Virus record (IMG/VR): IMGVR_UViG_2889049205_000001
Location: 64,001 to 128,000 of that record
Length of the DNA: 64,000 nt
Source of the DNA: a virus
Lineage: Duplodnaviria; Caudoviricetes
Strand: one strand, 5' to 3'
In this document: positions 1 to 10,410 of the stretch, piece by piece
Numbering within the stretch: the stretch's first letter is position 1
Layout of the letters: each line of letters begins with the position of its first letter
Program-made: the position numbers and the translations under genes
Notes under the pieces: model-generated
What the model saw: only the letters and a program-made list of their open reading frames with translations
Databases searched by the model: none
Told to the model about the DNA's origin: nothing

Positions 1-78
1 TGTAGCAACCATGTCGGTGCCGGCGTATGTCGTGAATGTCCTCTGCATACCATCAACGTCAGTTGGTCGTCTTTGCAT
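1..78 (-). CDS. Second tail-tube-like protein, N-terminus only (runs off window)
   Basis: Translates MQRRPTDVDGMQRTFTTYAGTDMVAT, similar to YTRTFSSFSGADIVAT of the 147..872 protein; purine-rich RBS upstream. Confidence 0.6.
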   Translation of the reverse strand, partial: MQRRPTDVDGMQRTFTTYAGTDMVAT

Positions 79-104
79 TCCTCTCACCCTTTCATTGGTT
101 ATGT

Positions 105-131
105 AAAAAGGGAGCAGCGAACGCTGCCCCC
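105..131 (-). terminator. Rho-independent terminator after the tail tube gene
   Basis: GGGGCAGCG-TT-CGCTGCTCC hairpin followed by a T run on the minus strand. Confidence 0.7.
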
Positions 132-146
132 TTCCCTGCTGCCATC

Positions 147-872
147 TTATACGATTTGATAAGATTCGCCGGCAGCCGTGTTGGCGCTGGATTGACCCGA
201 CGTGCGAAGATTCGCCTTACGTTCAACGCCTTTGATTTTCCGTGCGACGAAAGTGTACGCCGTGGCCGCAACCACATCATCCACCGAGAAGCCGGATCCG
301 GAATTCAGAATCTGGATTCCGTAGAGCTCCATGCCCATCCGTTGGCCAAATTCATTGGCGCCCGTGATGGCGATGTTGAACGGCATCAGCTGGTCGGCGT
401 ATTCAGGTGTATAGAATCCGGTCAAGCCGTCTGCGCTGTACCCCTGCTGACCCGATACTGCGCCGTAGCCCAGCTTGGTCATTTGCTCGTCCCACGTCTC
501 AATGCCGTATCCGCCCGTGCTCTTTGCGGCTTGAAGGCCGCTCAGGATTTGATTCTCTTGAGCGCCGACGTTCCACTGGTATTGCTGGAATGTCATGAGG
601 TCCGGTGCGCCCTCGTAGGACTTCTTCATTTCTTCCATGAGCGCATCACGGTCGAACATCGTGAAGATCAAGCTGCCGCTGATGCCACGCTTGCCTCTGG
701 AGAACGAACGTGGATCTGGAGAGCCCATGGTGTAGATCGGCGCTACTTCACGAACCACGGAGTACGTGATCGCTTGAAGCTCACCGATAAGGCGCCCGTT
801 GAATGTTGCAACGATGTCAGCACCGCTGAAGGAGCTGAACGTCCGGGTATATTGCTCTTGATCGAAAGACAT
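147..872 (-). CDS. Tail tube protein
   Basis: Directly downstream of the sheath; FSGAD..GELQAITYS..RE..PIYTMG...RGKRGISGSLIF pattern typical of myophage tube proteins. Confidence 0.7.
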   Translation of the reverse strand: MSFDQEQYTRTFSSFSGADIVATFNGRLIGELQAITYSVVREVAPIYTMGSPDPRSFSRGKRGISGSLIFTMFDRDALMEEMKKSYEGAPDLMTFQQYQWNVGAQENQILSGLQAAKSTGGYGIETWDEQMTKLGYGAVSGQQGYSADGLTGFYTPEYADQLMPFNIAITGANEFGQRMGMELYGIQILNSGSGFSVDDVVAATAYTFVARKIKGVERKANLRTSGQSSANTAAGESYQIV

Positions 873-938
873 GATCTTTCACTCCTTTTTATGTGAACAG
901 AGGGGCTCTCGCCCCGCCGCCCTTATTGATGGATTGCA

Positions 939-3707
939 TTACGCTGCACGAAGTACCACGCTTGTGTTGAAGCGGCGAACCTCGAATTGCGGAACCAGTT
1001 CAAGAGTAATGAAAGCATTACCCAGGACTTTATCCTGCACGGAGCTGAAGATGGTGAACTTGAAGCGTTGGAGCACGCCAAGCTCCTTCATCTTGTCCAG
1101 GCCGGCTTGGATCTCGGCCGACAGTGCATTGCGCTGCGCCAGACCGTTTGGCAGGCCGATGAACGGGTTGGCTTTGCGACGAACCAGCTGCACCGCCGTG
1201 TGGACGATACGAACCGTGGACAAACGAGTGTAGTCGGAGAATGGAAGTGCAGCTGTTACGCCGTCTTTCACCACGTACTTCACGATGTTTGCTTGGTTAA
1301 TTTGATCGGCGAAGGTTACGAATCGACCATCGGACAGCTGGTTGTGCTGTGCATCAGAGAGCTTGTACCGCAAGCCTTTAACAACCTCGAGCGTGCGGTT
1401 CGTTGTCGAAACCTCTGGGTTCAGCGTGGAGATCAGAGCTGCGTAAGTGGCTGCGCCGCTTGTCACGTAATTTCCGATCTTGTCACTGGAGAGGCCGATT
1501 TCCGGGCCGAACACGATGTTCACGTAGCGGCCGATGTCGATGCGGTCGCCTTCATCGTTCAGAACATATTCGTGCGTCGCTTCCGTGTACACGTAATGTT
1601 CATTCACGTAATCCGTGCGGATACCGTTACGCTCGTAGAGCGCACGCTTGTCGGCGTTGATGTCGCCATCGAGGAATCCTGGCTTGGTCAGCATGTCGAT
1701 GTACTCTTGTACGTCCAGCAGAGATGCGCTCAGTGCCGGCGCTACACCAATCGTGCCGATGGTCTCCCAGGTCTTCGCCGTTGCCGTTGCGCAGTGCAGT
1801 GCAAGTTGGTTGGCGAAACTTTTCTCTGGAACTAGCGGATCGATCAGCGTGTTGGCATGCACATCGAGCAGCACGATCTCGTCAACCACATAGTTTTCGA
1901 GTTTGCCATATACGCCCAGCTGGATGAGCTTGTAATCGTCGCCAACGAAGTCATACTTGCCGCCGAGTGTTTCATATAGCTCTTGCATTTGCGTCGGGCT
2001 GGTGACGTCGAACACACCGTCGGATCCGAGCCAAGGGTAGCGATTCGGAGAATCCATTGGTTCATTCAAATCTTCCTTCAGCGTGCCGGGAGCTTGTTCG
2101 CCGAGGAACGTTTTTCCCGTCACTTCCAGCCCTTGAATCGGTACGCTGCCGTACTCGTTCGCAGCTGCCAGGTAGACAACGTTGTTCTGCGAGTCGTTAT
2201 TGACGTAGTTCACGAACTGGCGGATCGTTTTGATTTGTGCCAGTTTCTTGGTGCGGTATACAAGAACCGTGTCACGGTACGATAGGCGCTTCTCTTCCGG
2301 CTTGTAAAAAGAGATGATCTTTTCGTAGCCCGTTGGATCTTCCGGATCTGTTGTCACTTCGACGGCTACCCCATGAAGGGTTTCAAGATCGTAGATATCC
2401 GTGAGGCCACCGTACACCGAGCCGGCGTATTTACCGAACACTTCCACCTTCGGGTCTTGAACCGTCGATGCGGAAGTCTTATAAGAGGCAATCAATTGAG
2501 CGCCAACCGGCGCTGCCCCGGCCGTAACCGTCACCGTTTTGTCGGCAATGCTCACACCGTAGTCGGTACCTTCCGAAAGCTCCACACGAGTGTTTCCGCT
2601 CTTGTAGAACACGCCGAAGCCAGTGGCCATTGGTGCGTAGTTCAGGTCATATGTGGCAGCCGTACCTGGGATCGGGCCTTCCGAAGTGCTCGACTGAGCA
2701 AAGGAAGTGAACCAAGCGTATTCGACCGTCACCGTTACGTCCCCCGTAAGAGCCGGATACGTTCCTTTGCCGACCTCGTTGTCATAGGCGGATGTGAAGA
2801 AGATGCCGCCGTCTTTGTAGTCTTGATCCGACCATGCATCTGTCAGCGGGTTAGCCGTTTGGCCTTTACCCACACGGTAGATGTAGTCGCCAGTCGGCGT
2901 TGTCGAGGAGATCGTGAACACTTCGCTAGTAGCGTTGTCTTTCACGACAACGACTGGGATGTGTCCGGACTCCAGTCGATCAGACCAGTTATTGCGAGCC
3001 GAGTAGAAATGATGGTTGTTCGCCGTATCTTTCGACAGGGTGTAATCCGGGTCGTTGTAGTTTGGCACGCCGCCTTCGAGCTTCGGAACCATCGTATAGT
3101 TGCGAGTCTCGTAATCGAAGGAGAGCCTTACGGTTGTGCCAGGGCGCATTTTGTTGCCGAAGAAGAATGCTTTTTCGGCTCCCGTGGCCGGATCGATATA
3201 GTCAAGGACGTTTCCGATGGTCATGTTGACCGCAGTTCCGTCTTTCTGAATGACTTCGACTTTGCTTACGCCAACGAATTTGCCGCCGGATGGCACATCC
3301 ACGTCGATGAAGAACGGCTCGTTCCCTCTCGCATCGCCGAGGTATTGCTCCATATTGCGGGCTACGTCTTTCGCTTGCAGAATCGTTTTGGCCTGTTTGC
3401 CGCCAATACGGAGCAAACGAACGTCTTCGTTGCCGGCTTTGATTGCTTCGTACAAGCCACGAAGCAGGCTCGCCTGGACAGGGCGTTTTGTTTTACGGTC
3501 GATCAAACCGCCGAACAATTTGTCAGCCGCTTTGATCCCCAGATCACGAACGCTGACTGGTTCGCCGGATGGACCGTCCACTGCGGTACCAATAAACAAA
3601 ATGGATTGCGTATTGGCCTGCAGGCTTTGGTTGCCAGAGTAAAGGTTGCCGTCTTCATACGTCACCTTGACGCCGGGCAGGTTTTCGTTCTCGTTTGCCA
3701 TTGTCAC
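939..3707 (-). CDS. Contractile tail sheath protein (922 aa)
   Basis: N-terminal LPGVKV and FIGTAVDGP; C-terminal LSTVRIV..FIG.PN...LELVPQFEVRR sheath signature. Confidence 0.85.
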   Translation of the reverse strand: MTMANENENLPGVKVTYEDGNLYSGNQSLQANTQSILFIGTAVDGPSGEPVSVRDLGIKAADKLFGGLIDRKTKRPVQASLLRGLYEAIKAGNEDVRLLRIGGKQAKTILQAKDVARNMEQYLGDARGNEPFFIDVDVPSGGKFVGVSKVEVIQKDGTAVNMTIGNVLDYIDPATGAEKAFFFGNKMRPGTTVRLSFDYETRNYTMVPKLEGGVPNYNDPDYTLSKDTANNHHFYSARNNWSDRLESGHIPVVVVKDNATSEVFTISSTTPTGDYIYRVGKGQTANPLTDAWSDQDYKDGGIFFTSAYDNEVGKGTYPALTGDVTVTVEYAWFTSFAQSSTSEGPIPGTAATYDLNYAPMATGFGVFYKSGNTRVELSEGTDYGVSIADKTVTVTAGAAPVGAQLIASYKTSASTVQDPKVEVFGKYAGSVYGGLTDIYDLETLHGVAVEVTTDPEDPTGYEKIISFYKPEEKRLSYRDTVLVYRTKKLAQIKTIRQFVNYVNNDSQNNVVYLAAANEYGSVPIQGLEVTGKTFLGEQAPGTLKEDLNEPMDSPNRYPWLGSDGVFDVTSPTQMQELYETLGGKYDFVGDDYKLIQLGVYGKLENYVVDEIVLLDVHANTLIDPLVPEKSFANQLALHCATATAKTWETIGTIGVAPALSASLLDVQEYIDMLTKPGFLDGDINADKRALYERNGIRTDYVNEHYVYTEATHEYVLNDEGDRIDIGRYVNIVFGPEIGLSSDKIGNYVTSGAATYAALISTLNPEVSTTNRTLEVVKGLRYKLSDAQHNQLSDGRFVTFADQINQANIVKYVVKDGVTAALPFSDYTRLSTVRIVHTAVQLVRRKANPFIGLPNGLAQRNALSAEIQAGLDKMKELGVLQRFKFTIFSSVQDKVLGNAFITLELVPQFEVRRFNTSVVLRAA

Positions 3708-4330
3708 TCATCCTCCTTGGATACTTCTTGTGGCTGGACAACTTGGGCCTCAACCATCATCTGTTGAATCTGGTTGAGAAATAAGGGCATGATCTTCTCG
3801 AACCGCATTGTATATTGGATCGGACGGCAGGCAATTGGGAACCTGAAATCCGTGATCACCGTGTCTGGGAGTTGTTGCAAAAATGTAATCTCTTGCACGC
3901 CATTCATTTTGAAGAATCCCTTGTATAACAGAAGGAACTCGTCCAGCTCTTCAATCATTTCGTCGGCTTGTTCGGCCGATGCCGAGTAGACGTTGAATTC
4001 CACGACGACATCAAAGATTTGACCCCGCAGCTCCACCCACTCACCTTCTCGATAGGGGTGTCTGATGGTTGCTCGGTGACGTGGCTTGATGTCCTTAAAG
4101 CTCGTGTTGACTGTTCGGTGGATCTTCCGGTATGAGATCCTCGGAAGAGCCATGTCTTCTTTGATTGGCTCATGCCGTTTGAAGTCTCCCTCTTTGCCGG
4201 CCAGCTGCCACAATCTGCGGAGCTCATCAATGAAACCCATGTAATTCGTTGGCTTATTGGACCGCAGCCGACTGTCAACGTATGGATCCTTTGCGACTTC
4301 CGGATTCATCTCGATAGGCCTCAAATTCAT
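3704..4330 (-). CDS. Putative tail completion/terminator protein
   Basis: Position upstream of the sheath, 208 aa, coupled to neighbours. Confidence 0.45.
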   Translation of the reverse strand: MNLRPIEMNPEVAKDPYVDSRLRSNKPTNYMGFIDELRRLWQLAGKEGDFKRHEPIKEDMALPRISYRKIHRTVNTSFKDIKPRHRATIRHPYREGEWVELRGQIFDVVVEFNVYSASAEQADEMIEELDEFLLLYKGFFKMNGVQEITFLQQLPDTVITDFRFPIACRPIQYTMRFEKIMPLFLNQIQQMMVEAQVVQPQEVSKEDE

Positions 4331-5373
4331 ACCCTCACCCTCACCAGCGCACTGGCGTTCATTTTTTGTATCGTAAAAATCGGCACCAATTCGATCGCTG
4401 TATTGATGATCCCGTTGAGCTCGTCGGTGGTCAGTTCGTAGTCGTACCGGCGGAGCTGACCCAGCTTCATTCGGTACATTAGGGCGACTTCGATCTGATC
4501 TTCAAGTTCCGATTTCACGAAGGAAATGCCGACCCGCCCGACGTACTCTTGTTGGATCTGAGCGATTTCCTGAATGACATCCTGGGCAATCCTGAAATTG
4601 GAGATGTTCTTGTGAACACTTCCTTCTGTTGCCACGGCGCATGTTGCAGAGGTGCAGATCGTCCCTTTCTTAAAGCTCTTTCTGAAGCAAACCATTCCTG
4701 CACTGCGCAGTTCGATGATTTGATCATTGGTGAACTCGGCCTTCAGATCCACGTCAGCAAGCGCCTTGTTGATTGGGCTTGCGCCTATCTTCAGGGCTGT
4801 AACCAGGCCCGCATACACGGCGGCAGCTTTTCGATCTTTGATCTGATCGACAACAACCGAGATGTACTTGCCGGTTTCCTCAATGCCGTCTTCTGTGACA
4901 ATGCTGAGCTTCGCAATGCTTACAAAAAGGGATCGGTATGCCTCGAAGCCGGACAAACCTTCAATATCGAAGAATCCATGTATGAGCTGTCCGTGGTACT
5001 CCTTTTGCTTAGCGAAATCGATGAAATCCTGGATCTCGTCAGGCATCTTGTTGAAAGTAAAGCCATCAATATATATGAGATCAAATGGGAATGGCATAAG
5101 GCATCGATATAAGTATTGAAATGCATTACGATCCATCCTCATCAGATACACATCAAAATTGGCGAACGCCGTGGCGTCGTCGCATCGGTCGATCAGCGGC
5201 CCGGATCCAAAAATCATCTTGGCTTGATCAACCGACGTCACTGGCGTGGGCTGATACATCTGCCCTTTTGCTGCTTCTGCAGCAATCACCAGTCGCTTAC
5301 CGAGCGTGATGCCCTCATCCATGAATAGATGAGCGAGCTGCTCGTAGCTAATGTTCGGTGAGGGTTGCATCAT
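4327..5373 (-). CDS. Short tail-sheath paralog
   Basis: AAVYAGLVTAL..SPINK, ISNFRIAQ and IELVPIF align by eye with the sheath C-terminus; start moved to the ATG after GGAAGGGG. Confidence 0.65.
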   Translation of the reverse strand: MMQPSPNISYEQLAHLFMDEGITLGKRLVIAAEAAKGQMYQPTPVTSVDQAKMIFGSGPLIDRCDDATAFANFDVYLMRMDRNAFQYLYRCLMPFPFDLIYIDGFTFNKMPDEIQDFIDFAKQKEYHGQLIHGFFDIEGLSGFEAYRSLFVSIAKLSIVTEDGIEETGKYISVVVDQIKDRKAAAVYAGLVTALKIGASPINKALADVDLKAEFTNDQIIELRSAGMVCFRKSFKKGTICTSATCAVATEGSVHKNISNFRIAQDVIQEIAQIQQEYVGRVGISFVKSELEDQIEVALMYRMKLGQLRRYDYELTTDELNGIINTAIELVPIFTIQKMNASALVRVRV

Positions 5374-5830
5374 CGTTGTCCCCCTTCCAATCAAGCCGTA
5401 CATAGACTTGCCAGAACTCTATTCTTCCCGTGTCGCCACGGAGCGGGTCCGGCACACTAACGTAGAGCTTTTCGGTAATGGTCGCTGGCTTCTCGCCATC
5501 CCATTCCACTTCCAAGATCAAGTCTCCCGGCTGCGGCGCTACGTCGTGCTCCATGTAATACTTGTAGGTCGTGGCGGCAATATTCCCGAGCGGTGAAACT
5601 CGTCTGGCGCCCGGCAAAGTTTCAGGCACTACGCTGACTTTTCGCCGGGTCAGGCAGCTTCGGATGGACACCTTGTAGGTGGTGCCGAAACATTTCGGGC
5701 AATCCGCCATAGGCTCCCCGCTGCGCTCCGAATAGCAATCGCACCGGAACCGCTTGTCTTGCCGCACATAGACAACCTTGTGGCCGTACTTCTCCAGGAT
5801 GTCTTTGATGTCGGCCCGAAGATCACGCAT
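5348..5830 (-). CDS. Neck/head-closure protein with Zn motif
   Basis: RCDC...CPKCFGT motif, GRIEFW near the C-terminus, located in the head-tail joining region. Confidence 0.55.
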   Translation of the reverse strand: MRDLRADIKDILEKYGHKVVYVRQDKRFRCDCYSERSGEPMADCPKCFGTTYKVSIRSCLTRRKVSVVPETLPGARRVSPLGNIAATTYKYYMEHDVAPQPGDLILEVEWDGEKPATITEKLYVSVPDPLRGDTGRIEFWQVYVRLDWKGDNDDATLTEH

Positions 5831-6603
5831 TATTCAAACGCTCGACTTTCGGGGCTTCCAGCTGCGGTGCGGAAGTTGGCGGAAACAGGTGCTGCATACC
5901 CTCTGCGATTACGGCCAAGCATCGCATCTTGCCAGAACTTGAGCTCACCGGAAAGATCAGATAATGCGTCTTCCACCATTGTGAGCGGGTCAGAATTGCC
6001 GGAACCGCCGCCGGTACCCGACCCTGAGCTTGCGCTCTCTTGAACCGTCAAATCGCCGAGCGTAACCATTCCAGACGTCGAGGCAGTTGATGTTGGACCT
6101 CCCGTAGATGCATCGCTGTTTAGAATCCGCATCAGGAGCGAGGAGAGCAATGCTCTCGCTGCTTCATAAGCCACGTATTTTTGAGTCGGGAAGTAGGCGT
6201 TGTCCCGCTCCTCCAGTGCTTTATATCGTGAATTATTTACGTCCACGATTAGTCCCTGGAGCTGGTGTGCCTTCTGTCCGGCATTTCGAAGCGCCACGTA
6301 GATTTCCGACAGCTCAAAGCTTGTGTACAGCTTCTTGACTACGCTGCGAACTTCGAGTGGACCTGCGTAGAGCGGCCCATATTCGGTCGTAAAAGCAATC
6401 GCCATGGTTTCTTCAAGCAAATTTCCGGACACCGACTTGATCCCCTTATCAAGCACCAGCGTATAGCTGTGATTGAGTTTCAGCGGCTCGGTAATTTTCA
6501 AGATCACTCGACGTGGATTGTCGGGATCAATCGTTGGAACACCAATGCCGGTCTTCATTCCGAACTCTTTGGGCGGGATATATTCTTCATCCAATGGAAT
6601 CAT
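5830..6603 (-). CDS. Virion structural protein (Ig-like strand plus head-tail adaptor-like region)
   Basis: PLKLNHSYTLVLDKGIKSVSG..FTT Big_5-like segment; TLGDLTV adaptor-like motif. Confidence 0.5.
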   Translation of the reverse strand: MIPLDEEYIPPKEFGMKTGIGVPTIDPDNPRRVILKITEPLKLNHSYTLVLDKGIKSVSGNLLEETMAIAFTTEYGPLYAGPLEVRSVVKKLYTSFELSEIYVALRNAGQKAHQLQGLIVDVNNSRYKALEERDNAYFPTQKYVAYEAARALLSSLLMRILNSDASTGGPTSTASTSGMVTLGDLTVQESASSGSGTGGGSGNSDPLTMVEDALSDLSGELKFWQDAMLGRNRRGYAAPVSANFRTAAGSPESRAFE

Positions 6604-6605
6604 CG

Positions 6606-6878
6606 TTACATCACCGTCCTTTCATCGAAACATCCCGAATATGCGTTCATGAAGTCCATTTCACTTCTTCTTGAACTAACCTGAAAATGGGCAGAATTCA
6701 GCCTCAAATCAGCTACTGTAAGTGTAGCATGACCCACCTCAAGAACACCATTTGCATGGAAAAACCCAATCTCTGGCGTAGGTGGAAAATCGGCGCTAAT
6801 TGGGCTGTTTAGCTCATCATATGTCATAAATCCTAATAAAATCTGTTGATTTTGAGTGTATCCTCCCAAGTAGCTCAC
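6606..6878 (-). CDS. Small hypothetical protein, possibly truncated
   Basis: Strong RBS AAGGAGG before GTG; lower GC than neighbours; C-terminal half looks atypical. Confidence 0.35.
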   Translation of the reverse strand: MSYLGGYTQNQQILLGFMTYDELNSPISADFPPTPEIGFFHANGVLEVGHATLTVADLRLNSAHFQVSSRRSEMDFMNAYSGCFDERTVM

Positions 6879-6932
6879 GAAGCATCCTCCTTGCCGTTAT
6901 GTAATGCCCCTCGCCGAGACGAGAGGGTTTAT

Positions 6933-7811
6933 TTAATTCTTTTCATCGACCACGTAGAACATGTCTGGGGTCAGACTCTCTGGATCCACATCATCGCTGA
7001 ACTCGATTACGATTTGCGTGATGCCGGCGACCGGCAAATTCACGCTGCTTGCTGCAGGTGAGGTCTTCTCTACCGAAAATAACAGCCCTTGTGCCTGTGG
7101 CTGGTCGGCGAAGAACTGCTGCAGCGTTTCGATATGAGCCTCATTGGGGTCAAGGATATCGACTGGCGGTGCTTCCGGTTGCGATTGCTCTTCGCCACTG
7201 TACATGAACTGCACGGGTTTGGAGAACGCACTGCGGGCGCCATCACTACGAATGGTCCGGATCCGAGCATAGTGACCACCCTTGGCATAGAGAACATTTG
7301 GAAGGATACTTGTCTCAAAGATCCGCATCCGCTCCGTTGGCCATACGAGGACGTCGAAGGTGTTACTCTTTGAAATCTCGAGCTCGTAGTAGTAGGCGTC
7401 GGCTGCAGCTTCCCAAGAGAACTGTGGCCCTTTCCTGACCTCCGATAGATCCGTTGGCGACAACAACACAGGAGGCTTTATGCCCTTTGCGTCGGCCGTA
7501 TAGAACTCGACGGAATAGGTGTCCGGCATTGCCTTTCCGGTGATATCTTTAACGCCGTCCTTCCCGCCGATGATCTGCACCTGGTAATGCATCAGAGGGC
7601 TCATTGGGATTTTTGGCTGAATGGCAAGCACCCGGCCTTTGTAAATAAAATCGATAGGAAGGTTCTTCTGCTCATCTAGGTTGTACAGAATGACAGCACC
7701 CTCCGCCAATGTGTTCACATTGAGATCGACCATGAAGTAAACGTCGATGCGAGCATCGATCGCAACACCTTCAGCCATATGGTGGGGGTCGGATCGCATT
7801 ACGAAATTCAT
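6933..7811 (-). CDS. Ig-like/FN3-like domain virion protein
   Basis: Big_5-like N-terminus (IDVYF..DLN..TL; GVKDITG) and FSWEA..Y.LEIS FN3-like segment. Confidence 0.55.
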   Translation of the reverse strand: MNFVMRSDPHHMAEGVAIDARIDVYFMVDLNVNTLAEGAVILYNLDEQKNLPIDFIYKGRVLAIQPKIPMSPLMHYQVQIIGGKDGVKDITGKAMPDTYSVEFYTADAKGIKPPVLLSPTDLSEVRKGPQFSWEAAADAYYYELEISKSNTFDVLVWPTERMRIFETSILPNVLYAKGGHYARIRTIRSDGARSAFSKPVQFMYSGEEQSQPEAPPVDILDPNEAHIETLQQFFADQPQAQGLLFSVEKTSPAASSVNLPVAGITQIVIEFSDDVDPESLTPDMFYVVDEKN

Positions 7812-7813
7812 GT

Positions 7814-8122
7814 CTACCCCTCCGATTGATACTTGTAATTGACCGTTATGACGGCCTTGTCCACTGGCGCCTCGGTAAAGATGAGGTCTTTACCGGACAA
7901 GGTGTAATCTTTATCGAGCCCTTTGATCATATACATGCCGTCCTTGTAGACGGACTCGCTATTTTTCAATGGCTCCTGCGCCAATCGGTATGTTTTGTTG
8001 ACCCCGTCTCTTACGCCAATAGGCACTTCTTGAAATACCGTATTGGAACCAGAGAAGTCGGCCATCAAGCCGATCTTCATCCGGTATAAAGGAAATCTGG
8101 GGTGCTGCTGAACATGTGCCAC
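7814..8122 (-). CDS. Small structural protein
   Basis: EVPIGVRDGVNKTY module also present in 10411..12486. Confidence 0.5.
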   Translation of the reverse strand: MAHVQQHPRFPLYRMKIGLMADFSGSNTVFQEVPIGVRDGVNKTYRLAQEPLKNSESVYKDGMYMIKGLDKDYTLSGKDLIFTEAPVDKAVITVNYKYQSEG

Positions 8123-8135
8123 GCCAATCCCCTCC

Positions 8136-8648
8136 TCACTTCCACATTAAGCAGAAATCGTACACGGTCGGCCGAGTTGTCCCTGTGTAGAGGCACTGGA
8201 CCTTCAGCTGTACGAACTTGCTTGCTGTAGTAAGATAAATAGGCTTGTCTGCCTTTACTTCGTTCCATGAACCGCTTGTGGAATGGCGGTAAAAGAACTT
8301 TACGGTCGAGCCGAAATCCGGATCCTCTTCCATGTTGGATTGGATGTACAGCTCGTCCGTGGTTGCCGGCAGTTCCAAGAGGGGCGTGATCCACGAGTCC
8401 TGATTGATCGAGAAGCTCAGCGTGCTCCGGACTGCATTACTCGATGGATCACGATTACTATCATCCGTGAAACCTTCACAGAAATAGTATTTGTATGGCG
8501 ATACCAACAGCAACATGTCATAGCGCTCCAGCGTGGTTTTGAGCTTGATTGCCTCCGAGATGTTGGCCTGCATGGTATTCAAGTGAAAATCATGCAGGAC
8601 TTGACCATCAAGGAATGCGATGCGCTTCATGTAGTTTGGTGTTGCCAT
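8136..8648 (-). CDS. Putative baseplate/tail-associated protein
   Basis: Good RBS, located in the structural operon. Confidence 0.45.
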   Translation of the reverse strand: MATPNYMKRIAFLDGQVLHDFHLNTMQANISEAIKLKTTLERYDMLLLVSPYKYYFCEGFTDDSNRDPSSNAVRSTLSFSINQDSWITPLLELPATTDELYIQSNMEEDPDFGSTVKFFYRHSTSGSWNEVKADKPIYLTTASKFVQLKVQCLYTGTTRPTVYDFCLMWK

Positions 8649-8661
8649 ATTATCACCGCCC

Positions 8662-10389
8662 TTAGTACGTTACAGACCAGGTAATCCGCATGCCGGTGTT
8701 CTTGTCTTTCGTTACAGGACCGATGCCACTGATGTTGAACATGTCGCCATCGAGCTGATCCGTGAACATTCCCACCGTATAGATTTCGTGCGTTTCGTTC
8801 AGCCAGCTGTATTTCACCGCAACGACGTCGCTTGGAACCAAACTTGTATTGAAGGAAACCTGCTTGCCGTCCGAAGAGATCGTGTAATGCGTATCCTTCG
8901 TCAGCACAGTCCCATTGCGTCTCACCTCGACGATGAAGTTGCCAGAGAGGTCTTTGGTAATAGCATGCTTCAGCCCGTAAGAAGAGACGCCCGCCGCAAT
9001 GGTCAACAGTTCGTTTGGTTCTTCTTGAACCACAGGCCCAGGAACGCCTTTCGGGAAATCTGCCACGTACTGAACCGTCGTTCCGGAGTTGATTCGGTAT
9101 TCAACCGTGATCTGCCCAGGAGTTTCAACAGGTACGCCCTGCGTCGGAGCAGAGCTGAACTGCAAGATGCCTTGCGTCGGGTTCAGCAACCATACGTCGC
9201 CTTTACCGATTTCAAGACCTTTGGTCGCCGAATCGATCTTGTAGCTTGTCACAGTGTGATCAAGCGCTTCGTGGCGAATGGCAACCAGTTCAAGAACCGG
9301 GCCTTCAGCAAGTCCGTATACCAGATGGTCGTTGTTCAGCTGCTCTTGGTACTTGATCTCGATCGCAGCATTCAGTGCCGGGACAGCCGTCAGCTTCACT
9401 GTGCCCGCTGTTGCATCCACGATGCTTGCGGCGATGTCCGTACCGTCCACTTTCACGCTGACCAGTTTGAGCACCTTGTTGGTGTTCGCCAGATCAAACG
9501 TATCTTTAGCGGCGTCTCCGATGTCGTTTTGCGTTTTTTCAACGAAAGCGATCGGCTTGGTCGGAAGCACCTGGATCTCCGCTTCGCCTTTGGATACGGC
9601 AGCCGGATATTGAACCAGCTGACGGAAGCCAGTGAACTCGCCCTCCAGAACTTTGCGGAGCTTGTCGCCAGTGGCGAATTCTACAGGCTTGCCAGAAGGA
9701 TGGGTCGCAGGTTTACCGCCGATGCCCATAAAGCCCAGGGAATACCGGATCTTGTAGCTGTAGCTCACTTCGACAGCAGACTTCGCAGTTGCGAAGAATA
9801 CTTTGCCCGTTCTGTGGTCGATCTTGTAGGTTTTGTCAGCGTCCGAAGGAACCGCACCCCGTTTATACGCAACGCCGGCAACCTTAACGACTTCGGTGCC
9901 ATTTACGATCTCAACGTAAGCATTGACCGTGCGGCGGAAATCAATCTTCACTTGGTTCAGCGGCGCCACTTTGAAGACGATTTTTCCTTCGTCCGCATTG
10001 CCCACGTACACGTCTTGCTCCAAGACCAGATCCACACCGTCTACGGTGACTTTTTTGAGTTCCGTGATCATCGTGACGTCTGGAATTGCGATAACAGTAT
10101 CCGCATTCGTAGCGCCTTTGTTGACCTCGTAGGAGCCCTCTGCCTCCCGCTGCCTGGAGAGGTTGAACACATATTGCCCGTCGCCATTAGCGGCGAGCAG
10201 CGTGTCCCCCTTATCGACTTGCTGAGCTTTCACGGTTTTGGCCGGGTCGCTCATGACTTTGCCGACAATTTCATTGGCCGTCAGGACGACGAGGTTCTTT
10301 TTCTCCTTGGAAAACGTAACCTCGCCCTTCTTGTTGTAAAGCTCCAGCTTTACTCGGCCTCTTGCTTGCAGTTGCATTTGATCGTTCAT
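8662..10389 (-). CDS. Tail collar/fibre-attachment-like protein with inserted beta-sandwich repeats
   Basis: GRVKLELY..KNLVV, MGIGG and VTK..MRITWSV framework shared with the upstream paralog. Confidence 0.55.
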   Translation of the reverse strand: MNDQMQLQARGRVKLELYNKKGEVTFSKEKKNLVVLTANEIVGKVMSDPAKTVKAQQVDKGDTLLAANGDGQYVFNLSRQREAEGSYEVNKGATNADTVIAIPDVTMITELKKVTVDGVDLVLEQDVYVGNADEGKIVFKVAPLNQVKIDFRRTVNAYVEIVNGTEVVKVAGVAYKRGAVPSDADKTYKIDHRTGKVFFATAKSAVEVSYSYKIRYSLGFMGIGGKPATHPSGKPVEFATGDKLRKVLEGEFTGFRQLVQYPAAVSKGEAEIQVLPTKPIAFVEKTQNDIGDAAKDTFDLANTNKVLKLVSVKVDGTDIAASIVDATAGTVKLTAVPALNAAIEIKYQEQLNNDHLVYGLAEGPVLELVAIRHEALDHTVTSYKIDSATKGLEIGKGDVWLLNPTQGILQFSSAPTQGVPVETPGQITVEYRINSGTTVQYVADFPKGVPGPVVQEEPNELLTIAAGVSSYGLKHAITKDLSGNFIVEVRRNGTVLTKDTHYTISSDGKQVSFNTSLVPSDVVAVKYSWLNETHEIYTVGMFTDQLDGDMFNISGIGPVTKDKNTGMRITWSVTY

Positions 10390-10410
10390 TTCCGTTTCCC
10401 TCCTTCTGGA